Shown here piece by piece: positions 32,204 through 45,308 of a stretch of 64,000 nt of DNA. The notes under the pieces are model-generated. The model had not been told where the DNA came from. It saw only the letters and a list, made by a program, of their open reading frames with translations, and ran no database searches. How positions within the stretch are numbered: the first letter of the stretch is position 1; every line of letters starts with the position of its first letter. The stretch is from the human T2T-CHM13v2.0 reference genome, Homo sapiens. The translations under genes were made by a program, and so were the position numbers. Where the stretch lies: assembly GCF_009914755.1 (NCBI RefSeq), contig NC_060928.1, one strand, 5' to 3'.

Positions 32204-32868
32204 TTATGTTTTAATCCTAGGTTTATACCTCAAGTAAAACTTCTTTCTGAAGTGTCACCTAAAAAAATAGCATTTTCAACAAATCTTCTTTTCTTTCTGG
32301 CTGTGATTAGATATCTGCCAGCATTGTGTGATCTCTGAAATTTCTGTTCATCTGACAGGCTCAAAGCGAATGTTGTTTGCTGTACTGTCTGGATTCTTGC
32401 CTCGTTTGTGCTAAGATTAGGATATGTCTAATACCAAAGGAAAAACTCTGTGTAACATAAAAATCCAAGTTTTCCTAGAATGTGATTTTTTTTTTAGCTG
32501 TTTTGCTGAAGGAATAGGCTTAAGTTTTTAATCAATGCTCTTTACATTTCATACAAAATAAAATTCCATTTGTTAAAAAAAAAAAAAGAAAAAAATAATA
32601 GTATTTTTAACAACACAATTTTAGTTCCAGGAAATAAAACAGAACATTTTGGAGAACATATTAGAAGTAAAGAGCTGTTTGATCTATTAAGTAGATCATT
32701 TGTCAAAATTTAAAAATCACTAAAGTTGACATCATTTTTATTTTATTTTAGTAACACTTTTCAAATCCAAAGCTATTGTTTTAATACTAGAAGAAATGCA
32801 GCATGTTATTTCAACTTCAGAATAAGTGTATTATAACTTACGTAAATTTTGTATAAAAATTCTTTCTC

Positions 32869-33209
<341 letters not shown>

Positions 33210-35139
33210 TTATCTAAGATTTCTTGTCTCAAGAGAATATGTGTAATAAAAACTGGGTCACTAGTACTGAAAGTTCTTGAAGTTGCTCTGTGACAAGGTA
33301 AGGGAAAAAGTGTTGAATAACATAAAGCATCAGATAAGAAACTTAGGTCTTTATTTTACTCTCAGAAAGGCATATAAGAGGAGAATAAGGCACAGAAATG
33401 TATCTTGAGGCATATAGTGTATTGAGATTTTTCTCTTTTCTTTTTGAGTGTCCTTGTATTTTTTAGGCAGCAAGAGAGCGCATTCTTCTAAAAATTTGTG
33501 AAGCATAAAGAAACATTATATAAAAACATAAAATATATCTAGCTATTTGATTTATTTTTGTGCCATTATCTCACTATTTTATATTATCTGGCTAGACATG
33601 TTAAAATATCTTATTCTGTTAGTTTAGGAAGAATCTGTACTTTCCCAAGGGGATTAACTTCAAGGACTGTAACAGGCATGTGCAAAACTTACTAAGCAAT
33701 GTAAAACCAAAACATTTAATTTTAATATCTTATAATATAGTATAATTTGTGGGGCCCTGAAGCATTGCATAAACCTTAATAAAGAATAGGTCTTTATAAC
33801 TTGTTTCAATTGAATGCTTCTAAACAGACAAAAATGAAGAATCATTTTATGCACTGGTGGAAGCATACTTTTAAGCTGCAGTTTGGTTTAATTCCTGTCA
33901 CCTTACTCATGACAGCTCTAACAAATAAAGAAACTGAGGATGGATTCATAGGGATAATTAAGCAGCGTTGATCTTAAGACAGTTGTCTTTTCAATGAAAC
34001 ACTGATTGCATTGTTCATAACAAAACTATCTCTGCATGACAGAACTAATTAGTGACCATCTGAACTTACTTAGCCAAACAAAAAAAGCAATTAAAACCTC
34101 CGTCATCACTGGATCTACCATTGAACAGCTGGTTATATTGATAAGCAATCCAGCAAGTTAAAGCTACTTTAGAACACAATGGAACATAATCTGCTTCCTG
34201 AGTAGTAATTAGAGAGCAATACGAGAATATGAGATTACTGTGGAGAAACTGTAATTGTGATGCAAACAACTTTTAAAATACATTTTTCCTCCTGAATTGG
34301 CATGAGAATAATAGATGAAAACATTTTATATGCTCTGAAACACTTCATATTCCTGTGGGATATACAGATCATATTGTAGGATTTATCAACAATTAGCCAT
34401 CTCTCCGAGACAGGATAAATTTGTATGACATTGCAGTTGATTTAACAGAGCAGATGAAATTGGCCTTTGCATAGGAATGATGACACTTACAAAAATGGTA
34501 GAGAGTTTACATGACATTGGGTTATAATTACCCAGAGGGCAGGAGTAGGAATATCTATTGTAGTTCTGTAAGAGACAAAAGCTCTGAAGCATATGCTGGC
34601 CTGTGTGTGTATGTGTGTGTGTTTGCATGTGAGGTTTTTATGTTGTTATTTCTAATTATGTCTGCTTTAGAACTTCTATAAATATGAATTTTTTTAATGT
34701 TTAGGAAATGAAAAAATAAAATCGCATTGTTCTCAATCATACTTGGTGCACACTCCATATTTGGTGTAAAATCAATTAAAAGGAAAAAGTGTCAATGATA
34801 TCTCAAACTCAGCTAGCCAACGGGGAGTTAATTATTACCTGATTGAAATTGCACTTACTATTCTTATGTTTCTTGAATCCTTTTCTGTCTTTATAACCAT
34901 GTAACTAAAATAAATATTCATTCCAGAATAGACAAAAGTACAATGTTCAAGCATAACATTTTTGGAAATAGACAAAGCAGCATATATTTCCATCCTGTAT
35001 ATGCCATTAATTGCTATTTGCTCAACCTACCCAATCACTAGCTGTGTTACTTTAAGCGAGTTAATTTTGAAACTAAAATAGGTTATACACCTGAAAAAGT
35101 GGGTGGGAGGGGATAGTAACAACTTGGTTGCAGTAACTT

Positions 35140-35143
35140 ACAT

Positions 35144-35174
<31 letters not shown>

Positions 35175-35180
35175 CATACA
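35140..35180. repeat. (CA)n microsatellite, interrupted
   Basis: Direct observation. Confidence 0.9.
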
Positions 35181-35186
35181 ACCATC

Positions 35187-35672
35187 TATTAGGTAGAATA
35201 ATGGCCACCCAAAGATACATAGGTGTCATGTCTTAATCCATGGAAACTGGAAAACTATAAATGTTAATTAATATGAAAATAAAGGCTTTTGAAGATGTGA
35301 TTAAATTAAGGATCTGGAGAGGAAATGATCTTGGATTATTCAGGGCAATTCTAAATGCATTCACAAAGGTCCATATAGAGAGATGCAGAGAGAGACTAAA
35401 CATACAGAAGAGGAGCCAATGTGACTAGGAAGGCAGAGATTAGAGTGATGCAGCCACAAATCAAGGAACGTTGCCAGCCCCAAGAGGCCGGAAGAAAGAA
35501 GGAGTGGATTCTCCAGCTGCCCTGGAACCTTCTGAAGCACTGTGGCCCTACCTACAGCTTGTTCATGCCTCAGTGATGCCGATTTTAGACTTCTAGCTTT
35601 GAGAATTATGAGATAATAATTGCTATTTGGTTAAGCCATCCAGTTTGCAATAATTTGTCATAGCAGTCACAG
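35187..35672 (+). mobile_element. MaLR LTR, MLT1C/MLT1D-like
   Basis: tagaataatggccacccaaagat...gatgtgattaaattaaggatct...ggcagagattagagtgatgcagccaca...taagcca...taatttgtcatagcag. Confidence 0.85.
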
Positions 35673-36048
35673 TATATTTCATATATGTATATGTGTAAGT
35701 GCATATATATACACATAGACACATACACACATATAGCTATATATTCTGACTGGAGCACATTACATACCTCAAAAAGGGAAGTTACCATTATTTCCAAATA
35801 ATTCCTTTTCCTGTTTAGTTGGGTAATCACTTTATTTAAAGCTTCTCTGGCTTTTTTCATTATTCTTCCTTTATTCTCTTGGTTTTATTTTGTCTGTTAT
35901 TGTTGTATTTACTTCATGGTTAATGCATTTACGAAACAGGAATTATTTGTTAGCCAACTGTAAGGATAAAGGGGTATTTGACAAAGAAGGTATTAAACTT
36001 CAAAGATACATATGTGTGGGTGTGTGTATATATATACGTATATACAAT

Positions 36049-36438
36049 TTATTTACTTATTTAACTTTTATGTGAAGTTCAAGGGTACATGTGCAGGTTT
36101 GTTACATAGGTAAACTTTGCCATGAGGGTTTGCTATACAGATTATTTTTTCACCCAGGTATTAAGCGTAGTTCTCATTAGTTATTTTTCCTGATCATCTC
36201 CCTCCTTCCACCTTCCACCCTCCAATAGGCCCCTGGGTCTGTTGTTCTCCGCTATATCTTCATGTGTTCTTATCATTTAGCTCCCACTTATAAGTGAGAA
36301 CATGTGGTATTTGGTTTTCTGTTCCTGCCTTTGTTAAGGATTAGTGGCCTCTAGCTGCATCAATGTTCCTGCAAAAAAAAAAAAAAAAAGATTTTTATTA
36401 TTGTTCATGACTGCATGGTATTCCACGTTGTATATGTA
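36049..36438 (-). mobile_element. L1PA13-16/L1PB-type 3' UTR fragment
   Basis: gggtacatgtgcaggtttgttacataggtaaac...cacccaggtattaagc...tttagctcccacttataagtgagaacatgtggtatttgg. Confidence 0.9.
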
Positions 36439-36675
36439 AATACATGTTTTTAAATCAGTAATGCAAAGACACAAAATCACTTTATTACTGCCTTACTACA
36501 AGCAATAAAGTTTCCTACCAAGATAGCTACACATGAGTACTATCTTGTGGCAATTACTCATCTAAGCACATTATTGATCAATTTATTTAACTCTCAGATT
36601 AAGATTATATGTGGCAGGTTATTTTGTTATTCTCAGGTCAAAATGAAGTAATGGAAGTTAAGAAACGTTAAGTAA

Positions 36676-37241
36676 TGTATTAGTCAAAGTTCTGCAGAGA
36701 GACAGAACCCATAGGATAGATAGATATAGGAAAGAGGATTTATTAGGAAAATCTTATAATCCTCACAAGAGTATGGAGGCTGAGAAGTCCCATGATAGCG
36801 CATCTGAAAGTGGGAGACCGGGGAAAGTTGTAGAATGAATCAGTCCAAGTCCAAAGGCACCTGAACCAGAGAAGCTGATGATATAACTCTCAGTCAGAGG
36901 CCAAAGGCCTGAGAAACTGATGGGGGGAAGCTGGTGCAAATTCCAGATTCCAAAGGCCGGAGATCCAGGAGTTCTGACATCCAAGGGTGGGAGGATGGTG
37001 TCCCAGCTCCAGAAGAGAGAGAGAGAATTTACCTTTTCTCTGCCTTTTTGTTCTTTTGGGCTCTAAACTAATTGGATGATGCCTGCCCACATTGAGGGTG
37101 GAGTTTTCTTATTCAGTCCACTGGTTGAAATAGCAATTTCTATCAGAAATGTTCTCATTGACATACCCATAAATAATGCTTTACCAGTTATTTGCATATT
37201 CCTTAATCCAGTCAAGCGGACAGGCAAAATTAGGCATAGTA
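36676..37241 (-). mobile_element. ERVL solo LTR, MLT2B-like, inserted into a MIR
   Basis: tgtattagtcaaagttctgcagagagacagaacc...aatccagtcaag...aaaattag; perfect 5-bp TSD agtaa (36671-36675 and 37242-37246); flanks rejoin as MIR-like gttaagtaacttg. Confidence 0.9.
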
Positions 37242-37324
37242 AGTAACTTGTTGAGGTTAAAAAGCAGTAACTGCTATAGTTAAGATTCTAAAGTTACCTC
37301 TCTTAAAGATTAGGGCAGAAGAGT

Positions 37325-38250
37325 CGCTCATTTATTTTATTCAACAAATATATACTAAGCACTTACCATGTGCCTGGAATATATTAAACAACAGGAATGT
37401 CATAGTTAAAAATACAGACAAATGTCTGCTCTTCTGGAGCGTTTTTGTTTTTTGTTTGTTTGTTTGTTTTTTCAGACCAGGGATTAGCAAATTTCTGTAG
37501 CAATATTTTAGGCTTTGCAGGCTATGTGGCCCCTGTCATAATTACTCACCTCTGCCACTAGAACATAAAACAGCCAGAGATAATTCATAAATAAATGTTT
37601 GCACTATGTTCCAATAAAAATTTATGAAAACAGATGGAGGGCCAGATTGGGCCTGTGGGCCATAGTTTTTCCACCCCTGATATAGACAAACAAAAAATTA
37701 GATAGATAAGTACTGTTAAAATATAAATTTTATTAGATCCTAAGTGTCAAGGAGAAAAATAGAGCCGAGAAGGGACAGAAGGAGTGGAGAAGTGACAGAG
37801 TTTATAATACTAAATATGGTGGTAAGAAAAGGTTTCTCTGTACAATTGGCAATTGAGTAATGGCCTGAAAAAAAAAAAAAGACAGAAAGCAAGTTATGTG
37901 AGTATCTGGTGCAGGTGGAGGAAAGAGTTTTTGCAAAATCCCTACGGTAGGAAACTGGTAGTTCTGACAAAGGAACAAAGAGAAGATAAGTGAGTTAAGG
38001 AAGTATGTGGTATTAGGGGAGGTTAGAGAGATAAGTGATAATAGGATGTTAGATCACAAACACTGGCCAATTGCTCCACAGAAAAGGCCATGCTCTGAAT
38101 CAGGTGGGAAGTATCGGAGAATATGGAGCAGGACAGTGATAATATGATCTGTTTGTTTTATACTCTGGGAGGATCACTGTAGCTATTATGTCAAGAAATG
38201 ATTTGAGGGTGGCTTTGAGAGAGCCAGAAATACCAGTTAGATAGTTTTCA
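37325..38250 (-). mobile_element. L2 relic interrupted by MER58A
   Basis: attcaacaaatatatactaagcacttaccatgtgcc 3' end; downstream L2 motifs (ggaggatcactgtagct, gaaataccagttaga). Confidence 0.7.
37478..37679 (+). mobile_element. hAT-Charlie MITE, MER58A-like
   Basis: TIRs caggg...cccctg; aatattttaggctttgcagg, tgttccaataaaa, gggccagattgggcctgtgggccatagttt. Confidence 0.88.
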
Positions 38251-38434
38251 ATTTCTTAAAGAAATTGTACTTTAACGCAATTTTGGGGAGTAAAATTATT
38301 CATCACCCAATGGAATGAATTAAACACAATAGATACATTACTTCTATATGCCAGGAATTCTGCTAAATCCCGCTGTTATAGTCAAAAAGCACACTATTTT
38401 TCTCTCTTTATCTGTTTTTGGCTACTAAGTATTT

Positions 38435-39080
38435 ATTTTATTTATTGATGGTTTTTGAGACCAGAGTCTCACTCTGTCGCCCAGACTGGAGTACATTGGT
38501 AGTTTCGTAACTCACTGTAACCATGAAGTCCTGGCCTTAAGGGATCCTCCGATCTCAGGCCTGGTCTTTTTTTTTTTTTTTTTTTCCTTTCTTTTTTTTT
38601 TCTGAGACAGAGTCTTGTTCTTTTTCCCAAGATGACTGCAGTGGTGTGATCATGGCTCCCTGCAGCCTGAAACTCCCAGAATCAAGTGATCCTCCCACCA
38701 CAGCCTCCAGAGGAGCTGGGGCTACAGGCTCATGCTACCATGTCCAGCTTTTTTTTTTTTTTTAAGTTTTTGTAGAGATGGGGTCTTTTTTTAAGTTTTT
38801 GCTGTGTTTTCCAGGTTGGTCTTGAACTCCTGGACTTAAGCAATCCTCCTGCCTTGGCCCCCAAAAGTGCTGAGATTACAGGCATGAGCCACCACGCCAG
38901 GCCCAGGCTTTTTTTTGTTTGGTTTGGTTTTTTGTTTTTTTTTCAGTACAGACAGGGTCTTTCTGAAGTGCAGTGGAGCTATCATAGCTCACTGCAGTTT
39001 CAAATTCCTGGACTCATGCAATCCTGTCACCTCAGTATCCCAAGTAGCTGGGACACCAGGTGCATGCCACTGCATTCGGC
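38435..39080 (-). mobile_element. Compound old Alu cluster: right-arm fragment, full AluJ (about 38565-38904), FRAM/right-arm monomer
   Basis: Three Alu pieces in the same orientation, each preceded by a T-rich tail; AluJ-type gatcatggct..ctgcagcct and tcaagtgatcctcccacc. Confidence 0.88.
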
Positions 39081-40849
39081 TTGGCAACTAAATATTTGAT
39101 TATCTACCTTTCTTAGTAAAAATAGGTTCTTCTTTTTTTCTTAGATTGCTTAAAACAACAGTAAGTGCAATGACATGTTACTTGAAAAAGAAGAGATTTA
39201 CTATTTTTTGATAAAAAGATACAAGGTAGCAGGAATGCATCAGCAAAATAGCTTATCTTCTGGTGGCTTCACAACCATCTCTTTGCCAAAAACTGTACAT
39301 CTGTTAATGGTCTGGTATGTGTCATTCAGAAAGGAGAAAATAGAGCCTAGAAGTTGGTATTCTAATGGTGATGCGACAAAAACACTAATTTAACCTTGGC
39401 AAATTCAACAATTTCTTCATGGGTGGATTTGTGGTTTCAGCTGAACTGTAAGGCCCTCACTCACAAAAGCCCTGCCTTTGTGGTCAGCATAAGCATGAGA
39501 TAAAATCTCCTTTAGTTGCAAGCAAGCAAGGCAGGGTTAGCAAGATCAGCTTTTGGCTGAACTTCAGACAAATCGTCTGCATCACTGATTGGCATCATCA
39601 GCTGATAAAGAGAGAATGATTTCATGTTGCCAAGGAACAGAGCATTTAAGGGAGAAACACATGCTTATACTTTAATCTATTTTCCAAGACATTTTCCCAA
39701 TATCTCTTTGGATTAAAAACAGGGGCCATTTCCCTTATAAATTGAAGGCAGTTATGTCTTCCAGAGAAATTAGATGAAAATGCTAAAATTTTGTAGAGCT
39801 TTGAAGTTAATCCTTGTGGATTACTTTAGTCTCTATGCATTTAACAGTCTGATAATATTTCTCTTTTACTATATCTACTAAGAATTCAAATTGGCATTTA
39901 GTTTTTACTATAGTATTTGTTTTATTATAAGTAAATGTTATCATTAAGTCATTATTTTCCTTTTAAGTACATGCTTGCTTAACTATAAAATGTTATTTGT
40001 CTTAACTCCAAACTTCAACATGAAACATATTAAAATTATAAAGTGTAACAATCTGTGATGTATTTAACACACATATATGTAACACATAAGGATTTGAAAA
40101 AGAATTTATTGCATAAACTATAAATAGCAAATAATAGAGCCTGATTTTAAATCTTAATGTAATGAAAACTTCTGAAGGTGCTTTCACTTGTTTATATATA
40201 CATTTGCAAATGGCTGCATGTATTTTACCTAACAGTTTCTGAGTGTCTTATGTATTTGAATCATTTTTATGACCCTTGAATATTATACTTCATTACCACA
40301 ATATTTTAGAGTATTAAATTTAATTCTTAGGGATAAAGAAGATTTAAGTGTCAAAATGTCACATAACCAAATGTATTATTTAGTAGCATATTCTTAATTC
40401 TGAAATAAAACATCATTTTCTAAAATACTTTCATAAGTGCAAGCATTTGGACTTAAATTTGTTTTTTACTAATTAAATGTGTCTAACTTCTCATATTTGT
40501 AGAAATTAAATGACATATTCTAGATTTCTCTCACTATTTGGCATTTACTTCACAACTTCTCATTAAAATGCTTGTGTGTATGTATTTCAATGTATATTTA
40601 TGCATAGCAACTATCTGCTGCGAAATTATACCATATTCTACTCCCAGTGAGTAGAGTTAATTTCTATTTTGCCTCCGTTGTCTCAATCTTTGGCAACTCA
40701 CTCTTTTTTACTCTTTGTTATACTCTTTTCCTCTGTTTGTCCTGTCTTCCCACTATAAACACACATGCAGGAATTTACAAGATTCTCTAAGGATTCAAGG
40801 CAGGCTTAACAGAAGTTAACAAGCTAACCAAAACTTGTAAGAAAAATGT

Positions 40850-43520
40850 TTTAGGCTTGCTGTTTGGGCTACAGCATATAAAAATCTTGGAAATCATCAC
40901 TTCTGTACATACGATAAGAAAATATCTAAACAAACTTAAAAATCAACTGTTCTTAGACCTGTCAGGAAACTAAGATTACAGGCAAACCACTGCTCCTACG
41001 ATTGGATATATAGGCAAGCGTGTGCAGAGAATCACAACTCACCTGAACAGAATCCCTTGAGCAGAAACCTCTGTGGGAACACACATCAAGGCAGGAAAAC
41101 CTAAGTGGCAATTGAAAACTTGCTGGAGGCTCAGTGTGGGCAAGCTTGAGAGTGAAAAACTTCAGGGGTACTCAGACTTAGGGAGCCCTTAAAACTTTTG
41201 TAAGTATTATCTCCAGGAGTTCTTCCAGCTCTGACAGTGAGAATCAGAGAAAAAACTTTTTTTGCTCCGGCATGGGGAGAATAGCAGCTATTTTGAAATA
41301 AGCCCAGAATATTCTGTTCTTCTTAATAAGGAATAGCATCAAGATAAACTAGTTCGCCAGTGCTTAACCAACCTCTGTTTTTACTCCAGGTGATCAACTT
41401 TAGTGAATGAAAATACCCAACTCCAGCCCCACCTAGCCTTTCTGTCTTACCTACGGTGTGAAAAATACAAAACAAAACAAACCTGAGAAGCACTTGTGAA
41501 GGTTACAGTCTGGGCTCACTAACAGACTAAGACCTAATCCTAGGACTATAGAGCTCTTTATCTCACTTTTTGCCTTACATATCAATAGTATTCCCATATA
41601 ATAATGAGGACTGCAACTGAAAAAACTGAACAGTTTGAACCCTATTTAAGCAGAAGTCCATAGGGAACCCTAAAGACAATAGAGGAAAGAAAATCAAAGA
41701 CATGAGAGAAAATTTTTGCCTTGGACACCTACAGCTACAGAAAACAGTAACCACAACTTCTCTTCCACGCAAATTTGAAGAGAGTAGAGTGATATAAAAT
41801 GTTGAAAGAAGAAAAAAATAACTCTGTAATTCTGTATACACTGAAACTATCTTTCAAAGGTGAAAAAGAAATGGAGACTTCTCAGTCAAATGAAAATTGA
41901 TAGAATTATTTGTCACTAGTAGATTTGCCTTGTTAGAAATGTTAAAAGAAATTCTTTAGGAAGAAAAATGATATGGGTCAGAAAACATCTATTTGAAAAA
42001 GAATTTGGATTAGTTGAAAATATATACTGCAAAGTCAAGGGCAACCACTAAAAAATAAAAATAAAAATGAATGATATGCTAAAAGAGTGAAAAAAAAACA
42101 ATCATATGAAATGCTCAGTGAAAACTAATGAAGGCAGAAAAAGAGTGGAAGGTAAAAGTAGATACTGAGAACAAGGGCAATGAATAGAAAATAGTAATGA
42201 ACATGAGGGATATTAATCCAACTATATCAATAATCACTCAAAATGGTCTACTTAGACCAGGTAAAAGTCAGAAACTGTCAGAGTAAGAAAGGAAGAAACA
42301 AACAAAAAAACAAACAAATATGTGTCATTCTGTAAAAAGCAAAATGTGAAGACAGTGAAAAAAGCAGTCATTTCTAGGGATACAGGGGGATGAAGAAAGG
42401 GAGAGATGAATATGAATAAGTGGAGCAAAGGGGATTTTTAGGGTAGTGAAACTGTTTTGTATGATACTGTAATGGTGGATACGTGTCATTATACATTTAC
42501 CCAAACCCATAAACAACACCAAGAATGAATCCTAACGTATAATATAAACTTTAGTTAATAATAGTGTATTAACTTTGGCTCATCAATGGAAATGAATGTA
42601 ACACACTAATTCAAAATGATAATAGGGAGACGTGGGGATAGGGGTAAAGGGCATTGTGATACGAGCAGGAGACAGGAAAATACTGGATAAGAGAAGGTGG
42701 TTCCCTGGCAAAGGCCCCACACTCAAGCCTGGAAACCCCATAGCCCTAAATGAGAACAGGCATTCCTGTTTTCACGCCAAAAAGTTGCCTTTTGGCCTGC
42801 CACGCCCCCATCCTATACCCATATAAACCCTAAACCCCAGGCTCCATAAGCAGACAAAGCAGATGAACAGAAGAGCAAAAGAGCAGTGCAGCAGAGAAGG
42901 AGAGAAGAGGAGGAGGGTCTGAACTGCGAGAGGAGTTTAGCTGGGGATGATCAGAGAGATCAGCCGCTGGACAGCCAAATTCTAGGGAAAGATCATCTTC
43001 CCACTCCATCTCTTTTCTAGCTCCCCATCCATCCCGCTGAGCACCACCTCCCTCCACCACTCAATAAAACCTCCACAGTCACTGTCCTTCAAGTCCATGT
43101 GTGATCTGATTTTTCCTGGATGCCAGACAAGAGTTTGGGATACAGAAAGCTGTCACACTGGCCCTATGCACTTGTGAAAAGGCAGAGGGTCCTCTGAGCT
43201 GTTTAACACTTAAGCCATCCATGGATGGCAAAGTTAAAAGAGCTCACTGTTGTAACACATGCCCACTTGGGCTTCAGGAGTCCCAGGCACCCACCCCTAG
43301 ATGCTACTATGGGGCCGGAGCCTGTCTCCTGCACTGGCCTGTCTGCATGCTCTTTCTTCCATAGGGGTTTCAGTGCACCTGGCGGCCAAACAGACAAGCC
43401 ACATCCCTGTCACATGTCCTGTGAGGAAGTTCAGGGAACTCTCCTGTCTCACTTGTGCTTTCCACTCATCTTTCTGTAATCCTACTACTGCTTTTATAAA
43501 GTCTGCTAGTTTTTTTTAAA
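40850..43520 (+). mobile_element. Old L1MC/L1MD-type element: 5' UTR, ORF1 end and ORF2 start joined to 3' UTR, split by an LTR
   Basis: L1M 5'-end-like aaacaaacttaaaaatcaact..ttcttagacc; ORF1-end aaactatctttcaaaggtgaa...agaaatgttaaaagaa; ORF2-start ccaactatatcaataatcact; 3' UTR from about 42320 (tgtatgatactgtaatggtggatac) resuming after 43451. Confidence 0.7.
42657..43451 (+). mobile_element. ERV1 solo LTR, LTR1 family (LTR1B-like)
   Basis: tgatacgagcaggagacaggaaaatactgg...ggcaaaggccccac..tcaagcctggaaacc; TATAAA 42822, AATAAA 43063; ends tctca; flanks attg/cttg. Confidence 0.85.
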
Positions 43521-43956
43521 GCTGTGCTTTATTTATTTGCAGTTAAAGAGTCTCCACAGAATGAAAAACTTACTTTTTTCCTTGTAATACCCTACTCCTC
43601 TGAGTTCTCAACATTCGTGACTCAAGAAGTTGGTTAACAGCATTTTTGGGAGTGGGTAGCTCTTGGTCTATTGCACAGAGCAATGTAAGTTGCCTCTGAT
43701 GTAGAGGAAATAGAATTCAGATATTTAGTTGAAGAGATCAAACTGTTCCAACATAGAAAAGAAGAGGTGCTCTGAAGTAAGAGAGCTGTCTTCATGTTAG
43801 AAAATATGTATATATATAATTTCATGAATGAGAGCATCCTTAAAAATACTTGGCATTTTCCCTTTCCTGGAACATTCTCATCCTTTTTGAATCCAACACA
43901 GTCATGAATGTGCAGAGTTAATGAGGGCATATAAATTAAAAGGCACAGTTTGAGAG

Positions 43957-44246
43957 GGTCTTACTCTATTTGTGTTAATATGAAAAAATATCTGAGGCTG
44001 GGTAATTTATTTTAAGAGAAGAGGCAAGAGCAAGAGGGAAGGAACAAAGCTCTTTTAACAACCAGATTTCAGGGGAAGTCTCATAAAAACAGAATGAGAA
44101 CTCACTCATGACCCTTAGAACAGCACAAAGCCGTCCATGAGGGACCAGTCCCCAGGACCCAAACACTTCCCATTAGACCCCACCTCCAATATTGGGGATC
44201 AAATTTCCACATGAGGTTTGGAGGGTCAAATAGCTAAACTATAACA
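43957..44246 (-). mobile_element. MaLR LTR, MSTB-like, internally deleted
   Basis: tctgaggctgggtaatttat...ttttaacaaccag...gacccaaacacttcccattagaccccacctccaa..ttggggatcaaattt...aaactataaca. Confidence 0.8.
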
Positions 44247-44984
44247 GGGGACATTTTCAAAACAAATCCAAAGAGCCATCTCTTGGCTATTAAACTATTA
44301 AACTTCAAACACTTTATATAATTTGATATGTTTCACTTTAATTTGGTAATATTGTGTTGTGAGGGATATTTCTTTTCAGAACTATTTCTTTTCTCATATC
44401 ACAAACACTATGAAAGAGAAGGAATGATTAGAAATTACTCTACCTGATGTGTCAAATGAAACATTCTATATAAAAAACTTTTTATACTTCCCTCTTGAAT
44501 AGTGACGTGTTTGACTAGAAAAGTAATTACCAGTGAATAGGTCACTTCAAATAAGTTTTATAATTAAAAAAATTACAGTAATTAATAATTTGTTTATAGT
44601 AACTGAGTGAAAATCAAACATCAATAATATGGTTCAAACCCTGATCCTTCAAGCAGGTTTCTGATTAATGCCTACCTCCCCTAATGTTTCCCCTTTCTGA
44701 TCTCCATAATGATTACAGTCTGCCTCATACCCTGGCAGTTTCTTAATTCCCATTGTGTGCCTTGTATAACTCTTGATTTTATTTTGTTTGAATTTTAAGT
44801 CCAAATTTTATGTCCCAAGCAGATTGATACTATATGTATAAAAGTTCTATTTACCCCCCATGACATTTAAGATGATCAATAAGGCTTCTTGATGCCATTT
44901 AAAAAACCACAAACACTATCTTTATGGATATCTTACTCAAATTTAAATGTCAATATTCATTTTAATATTGCACCATCTTAAGAT

Positions 44985-45160
44985 ACTCCACATTTCAACT
45001 GTGTGACCTTGGAAGAGTTACTTAGCTATTCTTCACCTCAATATCCATATCTGTCAAATGACATGAATATCAAATTTACTTGCTTCTTGTGCAAAATAAA
45101 TGCAATGAAACATGCAAACTGATTGGCTCATAGTATGCACTAAAAAAGTGTTGTTTTTAT
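44985..45160 (+). mobile_element. MIR relic
   Basis: ctgtgtgaccttggaagagttactta...cctca...atctgtcaaatg core. Confidence 0.75.
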
Positions 45161-45308
45161 TTAGCATAAATTTACTATTTAAAATTTTAATAAATGTTGT
45201 ATTTGGAGTGTTGATATTCAATATTACCAGAAAAGAATCCATGTTAAATACAAAGAGGTGATTTATCTTTTAGATTGGTGTGCTTTGCCTTCTTAACAAA
45301 AAAGAAAT

